Assembly (NCBI GenBank): GCA_043800345.1
Contig: JAZDNB010000022.1
Location: 1 to 57,673 of the forward strand
DNA: 57,673 nucleotides
Direction: 5' to 3'
From: Candidatus Omnitrophota bacterium
GTDB lineage: Bacteria > Omnitrophota > Gorgyraeia > VGKN01
Shown here: positions 1 through 8,977 of the stretch, piece by piece
How the letters are laid out: every line of letters begins with the position of its first letter
Numbering within the stretch: the stretch's first letter is position 1
Program-made: the position numbers and the translations under genes
Notes under the pieces: generated by a model
What the model was told of the DNA's origin: nothing
Seen by the model: the letters and a program-made list of their open reading frames with translations, nothing else
Database searches by the model: none

Positions 1-176
1 CGCACTAAGCCTGCCTCGTCCCGATAATATGCCTTCGTATGTTTTATATACACGCTTGTCAGCTGATACTGGCCAAGCATAACAAGCAGCACCGCAGCTG
101 CCACCGATGCTGTCATAAACATAAGTATTACAGAAAGCAATATGACAAAACCTTTATTATTCCGTTTAGTATCCAT
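1..176 (-). CDS. PilX/GspK-like minor pilin, 3' end runs off the window
   Basis: Not in the ORF track. Hand translation from ATG at 176: MDTKRNNKG|FVILLSVILMFMTASVAAAVLVMLGQYQLTSVYIKHTKAYYRDEAGLV. Basic leader, G|F site, hydrophobic helix without Glu+5, AYY..EAGL as in PilX N-termini; starts 2 nt after the previous stop. Confidence 0.7.
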   Translation of the reverse strand, partial: MDTKRNNKGFVILLSVILMFMTASVAAAVLLVMLGQYQLTSVYIKHTKAYYRDEAGLV

Positions 177-178
177 AT

Positions 179-685
179 TTAATTTAATGTCTTGCACCTC
201 ATACTTACTTTCGTAAGGCTCTGAAACGTCTCATCAAATGCGCTGCATTGTAGTGTAATCAAAAGTGTCCTGTAAGAAAAATCAAAGGCAAGCGAGTCAA
301 CTCCCGATGCTAATACCATTATATCGCCCGATACTGCTGTGTCGGGGTCGTATTTTAACTGCGTACCGTCAAGCCAATATCGCTGGTTTTTATCATTTGA
401 GGTGAGATTATCGCCCCCGTCATCTTTAATTACAAAAATATCAGTAGCATTGGTATGGGTAAGGCTATAGGCTTGCCTCACCGTTTTTACGATATGATAC
501 AGGGAGCTAGCTACCTCGTTCTGGGCATATGAACGGTACTGGGATTGCCGCCAAGCCCTGATAGCCGTAATATATACTGCTACTTCCGCCAGGATGATAA
601 TAAGGATAAGTCCGGCTGCTATCAGGACCTCAAGTAATGTCTGTGCTTTTGTTGAAGTTTTATGAATAGGGTCAAGAAATCTCAT
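179..685 (-). CDS. Type IV prepilin-like protein (PilW/GspJ-like)
   Basis: KA|QTLLEVLIAAGLILIIILA: class III signal-like, Glu+5. Start placed at ATG 685, which overlaps the upstream stop (ATGA); the track starts at 703. Confidence 0.75.
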   Translation of the reverse strand: MRFLDPIHKTSTKAQTLLEVLIAAGLILIIILAEVAVYITAIRAWRQSQYRSYAQNEVASSLYHIVKTVRQAYSLTHTNATDIFVIKDDGGDNLTSNDKNQRYWLDGTQLKYDPDTAVSGDIMVLASGVDSLAFDFSYRTLLITLQCSAFDETFQSLTKVSMRCKTLN

Positions 686-1059
686 ATTTGCGGTTCTGTC
701 CACGTTATAGTGACTGTGATTATTTTATACCGCTCACCGCTTCCGGTGCTATAGTCATCCGGACCCCATGCAACAGCATATGTCCTTGTACCGCCAAAGC
801 CATCTTTCAATTCACTATTCGGTAGCGTATTTGTATTATAATCGTCTACGGCCAATGAGGCATCATCAAATGAAAGCGACACCAATTCCTCTATTTTTTC
901 CTGCGCATAATTAAGCGCCATCAGTCTTCTCTTGGTAACGTTTACCTTTGACTTGGCAGCAAGAAATGTGCCAAAGCACCCGATGACGACAATATTAACG
1001 ATTATTGCCGCAATCAGCACTTCGACAAAAGAAAATGCAGACTTTTTTTTCCTATGCAT
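682..1059 (-). CDS. Type IV prepilin-like protein (PilV/GspI-like)
   Basis: MHRKKKSA|FSFVEVLIAAIIVNIVVIG, then ALNYAQEKIEEL and C-terminal YKIITVTITW typical of PilV-like pilins. Confidence 0.8.
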   Translation of the reverse strand: MHRKKKSAFSFVEVLIAAIIVNIVVIGCFGTFLAAKSKVNVTKRRLMALNYAQEKIEELVSLSFDDASLAVDDYNTNTLPNSELKDGFGGTRTYAVAWGPDDYSTGSGERYKIITVTITWTEPQI

Positions 1060-1075
1060 ATTTTAATCCAGTGTA

Positions 1076-1103
1076 ATTATAACATAATAATATTATTTAT
1101 CAA
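1076..1103 (-). promoter_or_regulatory. Putative sigma70 promoter of the pilin cluster
   Basis: TTGATA-16 nt-TATAAT with extended -10 (TGtTATAAT) in an AT-rich gap; AT richness makes chance matches possible. Confidence 0.5.
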
Positions 1104-1169
1104 CAAATTATTTATTGTAACTACTTCAAATTATTTTGGATAACCATATCTTAAGCGACGGTACATATG

Positions 1170-2318
1170 TTAGGATATCCTGTGATAGAACCGCGGTACC
1201 CTTTTTGATATCCAGCATACGATTTCATACGAGATGGTATCCCCCAGGGCGGCAAGTGACTCCGCGCTAATCCGCTCCTTGGCTTGCGCACCCATCAATA
1301 CTGCTTCATCTCCGATACGTATGCCCTTAATGGCGCTTACATCCACCATGGTCTGGTCCATGCATACCTTTCCCCTTATGGGTGCTTTTTTGCCCCGCAC
1401 CAAGACATAGCCCCTGTTTGATAAAAAACGCGGATATCCGTCACCGTAACCGACGGGCAGCGTTGCAATCTTCAATTTTTTTTGTGTGATATACGTTCTG
1501 CCATAACTAATGGACCTATTTTTCGGAACTTCTTTCAGATATACCACGCGGGTTTTAAACGCCATGACAGGTTTTAACCTACATGGCATAGGGCTTCTCC
1601 GGTGCGGATACAGACCATATATCATAAGGCCGGGCCTTACCAGATTAAGATGCGATTTTGTAAACCGCAACAGCCCCATACTGTTTGCTGCATGCTTAAG
1701 GGGAATACAAATCCCCATATCCTCTAGTTCGTCTATTAACCTGTTAAAAGATGTCAGTTGCCGGTTTGTAAATTCTTTATCCTGTTCATCCGCGCTGGGA
1801 AGGTGCGTATATATACCCTCAAGCATTACATTCTTTAAAGCCCTGATTTCTTTTATAAACGATATGGCCTCCTCATGCCACACGCCTATTCTGCCCATCC
1901 CCGTATCGATTTTGGCATGGACAGTAATTATTTTTCCTAAACGCATTGCCTCTTTTGATAAAAACTTTGCGATTGCAAGGTTTGGGACCGTCTGCGTTAT
2001 TCCATGGCGTATAATAGGAATGGCTTCACTTTCTAATACCGCCCCGAATATGAGTATGGGCGTGCGTATCCCTTCGCCTCTAAGCAGGAGCGCCTCATCA
2101 GTTGTCGCAACCCCAAGATAATCCACCCCGAAGCCGACGAGCGTATGCGCTATCTCTTTAATGCCGTGACCGTACGCGTCTGCCTTTACCGCAACGAGAA
2201 TTTTTGTTTTTTCAGGTATACGCTGTTTTACTTTTTCAAGATTAAATTTAAGAGCGGCAAGGTCTATCTCGACCCAGGTAGGCCTGTATACGGGATTTTT
2301 TTTATAGGCTTTATGCAT
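1170..2318 (-). CDS. alr: Alanine racemase
   Basis: AVKADAYGHG PLP-lysine motif, KIDTGMGRIG, VRPGLMIYG, GYGDG, VCMDQ. Confidence 0.97.
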   Translation of the reverse strand: MHKAYKKNPVYRPTWVEIDLAALKFNLEKVKQRIPEKTKILVAVKADAYGHGIKEIAHTLVGFGVDYLGVATTDEALLLRGEGIRTPILIFGAVLESEAIPIIRHGITQTVPNLAIAKFLSKEAMRLGKIITVHAKIDTGMGRIGVWHEEAISFIKEIRALKNVMLEGIYTHLPSADEQDKEFTNRQLTSFNRLIDELEDMGICIPLKHAANSMGLLRFTKSHLNLVRPGLMIYGLYPHRRSPMPCRLKPVMAFKTRVVYLKEVPKNRSISYGRTYITQKKLKIATLPVGYGDGYPRFLSNRGYVLVRGKKAPIRGKVCMDQTMVDVSAIKGIRIGDEAVLMGAQAKERISAESLAALGDTISYEIVCWISKRVPRFYHRIS

Positions 2319-2369
2319 ACGGGATATCTCTACGTCAGTTATTTTACTGTGCGCATCGCGCCTTGCGCG

Positions 2370-3059
2370 CTACGTATGTTTCTTCTGTGTAATGGTACAT
2401 TCTTTCGGGTACATATAGAACGGTAGCAGGTCCTTTTTTTTATCAAACCCTTCTTTTTTGATCCTGCGATAACCGACGAGCCCCAGTAGTTCCGGTCTTG
2501 GATACCAATACTCTTTTTCTGCCGCGAAAATTAAACTCCCCATTCTCTTCTTAAGCGGCTCTTTTATTATGGAAAGCCCGTCCCCCAAAAATATAGTGGG
2601 GCGTCTAATTTTTGATACTATATCATCTAGTCTCAGCAGCAAATACTCAGTAACCGGTTTTAGTACCCCGTTAATTTCTCTAAAAAGACAGAAATAAAAT
2701 TTTTCCCTCTTTGCGTCTAATACTACGGCAATATCAGCATGCGCGGACGGTATGTTGTGTGCAATAAGCTCTAAACTCTTTATGAGTTTTACGCTTTTAT
2801 CCGAGCCCGCCAAAAATCCTTTGACGGCAGCAATGCCTATCCGCAGGCCCGTAAACGAACCCGGCCCGATATCTACCACAAAACCATCCAGCATAGCAAA
2901 AGAAACACCTGAAAGCGCCAAAATCTCATCTATCCTGGAAATAAGAACCGACGCATGTTCTCTGTTAAGTTTATTCACCAGGCTTATTTTGACGATATCA
3001 TCTTCAAGCACTGCCAGGCCCAGATAATCCGAGGAGGTATCTATCGCGAGTAATTTCAT
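2370..3059 (-). CDS. tsaB: tRNA threonylcarbamoyladenosine biosynthesis protein TsaB
   Basis: LLAIDTSS start, GPGSFTGLRIG, LDAKR; coupled to tsaE. Confidence 0.95.
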   Translation of the reverse strand: MKLLAIDTSSDYLGLAVLEDDIVKISLVNKLNREHASVLISRIDEILALSGVSFAMLDGFVVDIGPGSFTGLRIGIAAVKGFLAGSDKSVKLIKSLELIAHNIPSAHADIAVVLDAKREKFYFCLFREINGVLKPVTEYLLLRLDDIVSKIRRPTIFLGDGLSIIKEPLKKRMGSLIFAAEKEYWYPRPELLGLVGYRRIKKEGFDKKKDLLPFYMYPKECTITQKKHT

Positions 3060-3529
3060 ATGGATAAGTCTTTTATCATATCATTATACCGTTTACCGTT
3101 AGGTATAAATTTTAAAAGCCTTGTATCTTTTGCAAGGTGTTCGAATTTTATTGTTAAATAGTGCCGTGGGAGTAACGAGACTACCTTGTCCGCCCACTCA
3201 ATTACAAGAACCCCTCTCTCTGATATATATTCTTCAAACCCCACGCATTCCAACTCGAGCGGATTTTTTAACCTATATACGTCTACGTGGTAGAGAGGAA
3301 GCTTTAAATCATATTCCTTGATTAACACAAATGAAGGGCTGTTTATTTCTTTGGTGTATTGTAACCCGAGCGCACGCGCAATACCCTTGGTAAACGTAGT
3401 CTTACCGCTTCCCAATTCTCCTATAAGCGCCACCGTATCTCCTGCGGATAGTAGGGCGCCTACCTTTTTCCCGAGAGCAATGGTATGCTTATATGAAGTA
3501 GTTATAATCTCTAAATTTGGATTACCCAT
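3056..3529 (-). CDS. tsaE: tRNA threonylcarbamoyladenosine biosynthesis ATPase TsaE
   Basis: GELGSGKT, SPSFVL, HVDVYRL, IEWAD. Confidence 0.96.
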   Translation of the reverse strand: MGNPNLEIITTSYKHTIALGKKVGALLSAGDTVALIGELGSGKTTFTKGIARALGLQYTKEINSPSFVLIKEYDLKLPLYHVDVYRLKNPLELECVGFEEYISERGVLVIEWADKVVSLLPRHYLTIKFEHLAKDTRLLKFIPNGKRYNDMIKDLSI

Positions 3530-3569
3530 AATAAGTCTCGCCGGGCCAAAGTAACAGAATTTCTTATAG

Positions 3570-3828
3570 ACAACCCCGACTCAGAACTATCTACTTGCCA
3601 AAATTCTCTTTCCCGAGAGATTCAAAGAATCTCCGGGACTTAATCCCTGCCCGTTAGGCGCCTAATGGCTGAAATTGCTCGCTCTCGACAAGCAATTTCT
3701 AGGGGTGATAATTTTGGCAACTTCGTCGAGATAGTCGACATACATTAATTTTAAATTTCTGTACAACCCCGACTCAGAAATACTCTTGCCAAAATTCTCT
3801 TTGATAATTTTGGCAACTTCGTCGGGGT
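3570..3828. repeat. Tandem pair of palindromic (REP/MITE-like) intergenic elements, the first with an internal insertion
   Basis: ACAACCCCGACTCAGAA at 3570 and 3763; CTTGCCAAAATTCTCTTT and GATAATTTTGGCAACTTCGTCG each occur twice; TTGCCAAAATT/AATTTTGGCAA and ACCCCGAC/GTCGGGGT are exact inverted pairs. Confidence 0.8.
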
Positions 3829-3865
3829 AAACGATACGCAGAAATATCAAAAGACTGCGTATCGT

Positions 3866-4789
3866 TTAAAAATGCTCAAAGCCGGGTTCTTTTAATTTTC
3901 TAATATTTCCTTTTTTATTTACAAGCGTTAAGCCGTCACGCCTTTTAGTAATAGTGCCGATTTTTGAAATTTTTGTATGAAAGGGCCTTTGCCTTTTTTT
4001 TAATAACCTCTCTGCCTCCCTGGGCGCCATAGTAAACAGGAGCTCAAAATCTTCTCCGTCGGAAAGCGCATGCTTTATATCCTTACAATTCTTCGAGATC
4101 GGGATGTGCGCTTCATAAAGCATGGCACCGACCTTACTCTCCTTTATAATATGCGATAGATCCTTCGCCAGGCCGTCTGAGATATCTATCATTGAAGTAA
4201 TTTTAAAATTGCTTACCAGGAACCGGGACTCTTTTATCCTGGGCGTAAAACTAAGATGCCTACCGTATAGGGACCCGCCTAAACTTCCCGTAACCAATAT
4301 CGTATCGCCAACCTGCGCACCTGAGCGAAGTACAAGATTAGTTTTCTTCACCTCGCCGATAAGCGCTATATCTACCACAAACTTATCCGAACGGTTCGTA
4401 TCCCCGCCTACGATTGAAACCGAAAACTTTTTTGCGATAGCCCCTAACCCTCTGTAAAAATCGTCTAAAAACGCGATCGATACACCCCGGGGGATACCCA
4501 GCGAAACAACGCAGAATTTTGCAGTGCCCCCCATTGCCGCAATGTCACTTATATTCACCCCCAGCGCCTTCCAGCCGACCTTAAACCCCCCCGGTGTATT
4601 GTTGAATGTAAAATGCACGTCTTCTATAAGCATGTCGGAACAAAACAATAGGTATGTGTCTTTGGTATGTGTTAATACAGCCGTATCGTCACCTATCCCG
4701 CACACAACATGTTTATTTTTACGCGCCAGATACCGCCGGCGGATCCGTTCTATGAATCCACACTCACCGATTTCACTTATTGTTTTCAT
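3866..4789 (-). CDS. thiL: Thiamine-monophosphate kinase
   Basis: GIGDDTA, NISDIAAMGG, GGDT, DISDGL, GEDFELLFT. Confidence 0.96.
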   Translation of the reverse strand: MKTISEIGECGFIERIRRRYLARKNKHVVCGIGDDTAVLTHTKDTYLLFCSDMLIEDVHFTFNNTPGGFKVGWKALGVNISDIAAMGGTAKFCVVSLGIPRGVSIAFLDDFYRGLGAIAKKFSVSIVGGDTNRSDKFVVDIALIGEVKKTNLVLRSGAQVGDTILVTGSLGGSLYGRHLSFTPRIKESRFLVSNFKITSMIDISDGLAKDLSHIIKESKVGAMLYEAHIPISKNCKDIKHALSDGEDFELLFTMAPREAERLLKKRQRPFHTKISKIGTITKRRDGLTLVNKKGNIRKLKEPGFEHF

Positions 4790-5829
4790 TTAACAATTCT
4801 TTTTAGTACCTGCAAGTTTTTTTTATACGGGGGCTTAAATATGCCCCTCTCCGTGACGATAGCGCTTATCAGATGATGAGGCGTTACGTCAAAGGCGGGA
4901 TTATATACTTTTATATCCTTTGGTGCTATCTGAACATCTTCTATCCATATAAGCTCATTGGGGTTTCTAAACTCAATCGGTATCTCATCCCCGCACTTTA
5001 AGCTCATATCAAAGGTTGAAACAGGCGCTACCACATACAGGGGGATACGGTGTGCCTTGGCAAGCACGGCAAGGGAATATGTCCCTATCTTATTTGCCGC
5101 ATCGCCGTTTGAGGCAATCCTGTCGGCGCCGACGATCACCTTATTGACCAAACCTTTCCTCATAATATCCGCTGCCATATTATCACATATGAGCGTTGCA
5201 TCTATATTATGACGAAGGAGTTCCCATGCGCTGAGGCGCGCCCCCTGAAGGAGCGGCCTCGTCTCATCAAGGAAAACCCTGAAGCGTTTTTTCTGTTCTT
5301 TGGCTTTATATAATACGCCGAGTGCGGTCCCGTAATCAAACGTTGCAAGCGCTCCCGCATTGCAGTGGGTAAGAATGCTGTCATTATTTTTTATGAGCCC
5401 CGCGCCAAACTCAGCCATCTTCCTGCAGGTGTATTTATCTTCTTCTATAAGCTTCATCGCCTCTTTAAAGAGCGCTTTCTTAATCTCTGCTATATGCAGT
5501 TTTTTATTTCCATCAAATACCTGCTGCATTTTCTTAAGCGCCCAGAAGAGATTTACCGCGGTAGGCCTTGATGAGCCGATATATTTGATAATCTCTTTTA
5601 GCTTCTGCTTAAACGCCTTAGTGTCTCCCTTAAAATCCTGCATGCCCAGATATACGCCCAGGCCCGCGGCAATCCCTATGAGGGGCGCGCCCCTCACTTT
5701 GAGCATCCTTAAGGCATGGTGCAGGTCTTCTATTGTCTTGCACTTAAGCCACACCAGCTTCTTGGGCAATTTTGTTTGATCTATAAGTTTTATATAATTT
5801 TTTTCCCACTTAATCGTCTCGATAGGCAT
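4786..5829 (-). CDS. mtnA: S-methyl-5-thioribose-1-phosphate isomerase
   Basis: DQTKLP, VRGAP, RPTAVNL, THCNAG, ETRP, GADRIA, NKIGTY, NPAFDVTP. Confidence 0.96.
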   Translation of the reverse strand: MPIETIKWEKNYIKLIDQTKLPKKLVWLKCKTIEDLHHALRMLKVRGAPLIGIAAGLGVYLGMQDFKGDTKAFKQKLKEIIKYIGSSRPTAVNLFWALKKMQQVFDGNKKLHIAEIKKALFKEAMKLIEEDKYTCRKMAEFGAGLIKNNDSILTHCNAGALATFDYGTALGVLYKAKEQKKRFRVFLDETRPLLQGARLSAWELLRHNIDATLICDNMAADIMRKGLVNKVIVGADRIASNGDAANKIGTYSLAVLAKAHRIPLYVVAPVSTFDMSLKCGDEIPIEFRNPNELIWIEDVQIAPKDIKVYNPAFDVTPHHLISAIVTERGIFKPPYKKNLQVLKRIVK

Positions 5830-6001
5830 ATAATAACTCCTTATAATCCAATCATACTATGTTCATAAGGAAAGATTGAAAATGTAAAATGAGGCACTGT
5901 GAAGGGAGAATTCTTAGAGCGGGTTTTTGTTTAATAAACTTATTTCCTTCGGCCTCCACTGCAAACATCAAAAAAATTTTATGCATGGAGGCGTTAAGAG
6001 T

Positions 6002-7039
6002 TTATTCAAAAATCAAAACGTTGCTCAGACCGCCCTCTTCATTTCCCACGGTTGCAGCAGGCGGAGGGTCAATAAACTTACTTACCCGGACGGTATCATA
6101 ACGTGAATTTAACGCAGTGGGTGCCTCTCTGGAAGAAAACCCTATATATCCTGAGGTCCTGGGAGTTGAATCGCTTGCCGAGAGAATCTCCGTACCGTCA
6201 AAATCAATGGTGATATCGCCGTTGGATCTCGAGATGATTTTATAGTCATGCCAGGAAGTATCTAAAATTACTGCATAGGTAGGTAAAAAGTCAGTATAAA
6301 CTGTGGCTGTTACTGCTTCTTGGATAGCAAGATAAGTACCGCCACCGGCCCAGGAGTTATAATAAGGGGCATAATAACCGGCGAATATCCTGTAATAGCA
6401 GGGAGCTGCGCCTCCTATGGTTCCGTCCCAGTTAATAGCAATTTCTATATTATCACCCGCACCGTTTCCTGTTCTGCGGGCACTACATTCAAGTTTATAG
6501 GGAGCGCTAAGAGAGGTCTTGGACCTTGCATAGACCCGGTTAGTACCGTTACTGGTAATTGAAAGATTCTGGTTCTGTTCTATAATCGTACCGGTACCGA
6601 CCTGCGTCCACTTATTCGTAGTGTCAAAACTATTGTCGTCAAAATCATCAAAAAATAAAAAGGTATTCCCTCCGTCACTGGTAGTTGCTACGCTTGCATT
6701 CCCGTAATACATATAAATAGTAGTCCCTCCTGTGGGGATGCTCGGGACTTCTACTACAAAGGTAGCCTGGGTTGACGCGGTGTATGTTTCCCTCCAATAG
6801 TATATTTCCGTAGTGCCGTTTGAGCTGGTAAAACGGATATCGTCAAAATCTGACTGCATATCAGAATCATAGGTTACATCAAATTCAACCTGGTAGTTTG
6901 TCTGCGCACTACCTGAACCCGTAATACTAACTGATCTGCGTTTTTTCCACGAACTACTATACCAACCCGCTTCGGCATTTTGGCACATGCTAAAAAAATT
7001 TATACATACTACTAAAGCTATTATAATTTTTTTATACAT
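6002..7039 (-). CDS. Secreted DUF2341-type protein with C-terminal beta-sandwich (lectin-like) region
   Basis: Signal peptide MYKKIIIALVVC...AEA, then W..RR.V.I...TNYQV, DFDDIRFT, IYMYYGN, TFLFFDDF motifs; Ser/Thr/Gly rich. Start moved to ATG 7039 (GAGGT 7 nt upstream); the track starts at 7096. Confidence 0.7.
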   Translation of the reverse strand: MYKKIIIALVVCINFFSMCQNAEAGWYSSSWKKRRSVSITGSGSAQTNYQVEFDVTYDSDMQSDFDDIRFTSSNGTTEIYYWRETYTASTQATFVVEVPSIPTGGTTIYMYYGNASVATTSDGGNTFLFFDDFDDNSFDTTNKWTQVGTGTIIEQNQNLSITSNGTNRVYARSKTSLSAPYKLECSARRTGNGAGDNIEIAINWDGTIGGAAPCYYRIFAGYYAPYYNSWAGGGTYLAIQEAVTATVYTDFLPTYAVILDTSWHDYKIISRSNGDITIDFDGTEILSASDSTPRTSGYIGFSSREAPTALNSRYDTVRVSKFIDPPPAATVGNEEGGLSNVLIFE

Positions 7040-7082
7040 CAGCATTACCTCGCGTAGAGGTTTTTTTAACCATGAGCAGTGC

Positions 7083-7685
7083 TTATTGAAAATCAAGCGC
7101 CTGGGCTACGCCGTCGTATTTACTGTCAACACCGTTATATATAAATCCGATATAATCTGTGCGGCCAGCCGTATCGGTAAGAGCGGGGGTACTGGCTCCC
7201 GGCCATCTTACGCTGGCAGGCCAGACAGGCTCCCAACTACCGGCACCGCCCTGTTTTATAATCAGAAGATACTTACCGCCGTCTTGTCCGTTAGAAAAAG
7301 TAAAAGTCCTATTTCCTCCGATAGTAACCGATTGTACATTGCCATTATCCCAGTCAACGGCAATAGGCTCGCCGTCAGTCAAGGCATACCGCTGGCTGTA
7401 CATCGCTCCGACAATATCCAGCTTATGCGCAGGATTCGTAGTCCCTATGCCTACATTTCCCTCGATAACCAAATCAGCGTCAGTATCTACTTCTGTGGGC
7501 CAACGGTATGATGCACTGTTTTTATAAGTATCTCCGAGCGCCATACGGCTTGCTCTTAACTCGGTATAATTACCGTACGGGGCGGGATAATATGTGGTAA
7601 GGGTAAGATTCTCTGCAAAGTTTAAAGAAACCAGGCCCACTAAAATCAAAAAAACGAGTATCGCTATAATAACGGATTTAGACAT
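7083..7685 (-). CDS. Exported fibre/adhesin-like protein (TTYYPAPYG motif, GNVGIGT unit, tail-fibre-like C-terminus)
   Basis: N-terminal hydrophobic helix, LTLTTYYPAPYG, GNVGIGTTNPAHKLDIVG, Trp-rich C-terminal domain; AGGAGG RBS at 7693-7698. Confidence 0.6.
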   Translation of the reverse strand: MSKSVIIAILVFLILVGLVSLNFAENLTLTTYYPAPYGNYTELRASRMALGDTYKNSASYRWPTEVDTDADLVIEGNVGIGTTNPAHKLDIVGAMYSQRYALTDGEPIAVDWDNGNVQSVTIGGNRTFTFSNGQDGGKYLLIIKQGGAGSWEPVWPASVRWPGASTPALTDTAGRTDYIGFIYNGVDSKYDGVAQALDFQ

Positions 7686-7712
7686 ATTCTAACCTCCTTG
7701 TTTCTTTGCCGT

Positions 7713-7741
7713 ATTGTAGCAAAATTAAATGTATTTGTCTA
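7713..7741 (-). promoter_or_regulatory. Putative sigma70 promoter for the two surface-protein genes
   Basis: TAGACA-17 nt-TACAAT with extended -10 TG, upstream of the AGGAGG RBS. Confidence 0.55.
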
Positions 7742-7768
7742 TTTTTTTTAATGCCCTGTAGCACATAG

Positions 7769-8887
7769 TTACTTTTTCTGCAGTAAAGAAAATATTTTAA
7801 CCAGAAAACTTTTTCTTATCTCTATCGCCGCATGCGGACATACCTCAAAACAACACAGGCAATTTATGCATGTACTATAATCGATTTTGAGATAATTATC
7901 TTTTTGTATAATGGTATGCATAGGGCAGTTTTTTACGCACATACGGCACGTTACGCAGAGTACCGTATTAATATAGGGCCTGAGGAAAATAAAACGGCTG
8001 AGCATTTTCATAAGCGGTGGGGGAATTTTTTTCAGTATGGAACTGCTTGCTAATCTAAAATCTGTTACCGCTACATCCTTTATATTTTCACCGAGTACCT
8101 CTATATCATCGCTATGAGAAGTACCCAGATTGCGCCTGTGCGCTTCGGCAATCATATCTATCTCGTCTGGTTTTATGCCCACGATGCGGCATAGTACACT
8201 ATCAACGCTCACCGCATCAAAACCCGCTATGATCAACCCCAGGTGCCTCACCCTGCCGCCTGCGGGTCCATCGCCGTCCATAGACCAAATACCGTCAACG
8301 ATAGAAAGGTGCGGCCTGGCAAGAGAAAAAACGTCAACGATGAGTTTTGAAAATTCACCCGGGTCGGGAAATTTTTTATGAAATTCAACTTTACTAAGGC
8401 CCGGCACCGCGCCGTACATATTTTTTATGGCGCCTGTCATGACCACAAGGCCATGCGTCTTAAACTTTGGCAGCGAAATTACAACGTCGCTCTCAAGCAC
8501 GCGTTTTGCAATCGGGATACCGTTTATTATTTTTGACTCGTCAAATTTTACAAGCACAGCGCCCTCTTCGGCGCATACGGCCTTCATCCCTGTTACCTCG
8601 TAGACCCTCTCGACAAAGTCACCGCTGAAGCCCGAAGGGCTATCTCCTACCGATATGTCGCATTTTTTCTGTTTCAAAACCCTGATAAGGGCCCGTACGA
8701 ATTCCGGATGCGTCGTAACGGCTTCATCGGGGTTGCGTGCCGAAAGAAGATTCGGTTTGATAAGGACTTTGGCATGGGCAGCGAGGAGAGTGTCTATGCC
8801 TCCTATAAGGGACAAGCTCTTTGATAAAGCCTCAAAAAGGGCCTCACGGTCGTAGGTACTACATTTTACTATCGCGACTTTTGACAT
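7769..8887 (-). CDS. DUF362-domain iron-sulfur protein with C-terminal 2x[4Fe-4S] ferredoxin domain
   Basis: VLIKPN, TTHP, PKFKTH, GAIKNMYG, GDGP; CVTCRMCVKNCP and CINCLCCFEVCP. Confidence 0.88.
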   Translation of the reverse strand: MSKVAIVKCSTYDREALFEALSKSLSLIGGIDTLLAAHAKVLIKPNLLSARNPDEAVTTHPEFVRALIRVLKQKKCDISVGDSPSGFSGDFVERVYEVTGMKAVCAEEGAVLVKFDESKIINGIPIAKRVLESDVVISLPKFKTHGLVVMTGAIKNMYGAVPGLSKVEFHKKFPDPGEFSKLIVDVFSLARPHLSIVDGIWSMDGDGPAGGRVRHLGLIIAGFDAVSVDSVLCRIVGIKPDEIDMIAEAHRRNLGTSHSDDIEVLGENIKDVAVTDFRLASSSILKKIPPPLMKMLSRFIFLRPYINTVLCVTCRMCVKNCPMHTIIQKDNYLKIDYSTCINCLCCFEVCPHAAIEIRKSFLVKIFSLLQKK

Positions 8888-8977
8888 AGTTATATAAAAA
8901 ATTAAACTTTAAAAAACGTTTCTATTTTGATAGGTGCTTCTGATTTTTGAATTTTTCATTTTTGACTACCGCATGTA

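Noticed and set aside
3570-3828. Possible CRISPR array
   Set aside because: Only two copies, no regular repeat-spacer period and no cas genes; better explained as nested palindromes.
3662-3850. 62-aa ORF between thiL and tsaE
   Set aside because: It merely translates the repeated palindromes (DEVAKII twice); no RBS or protein-like features.
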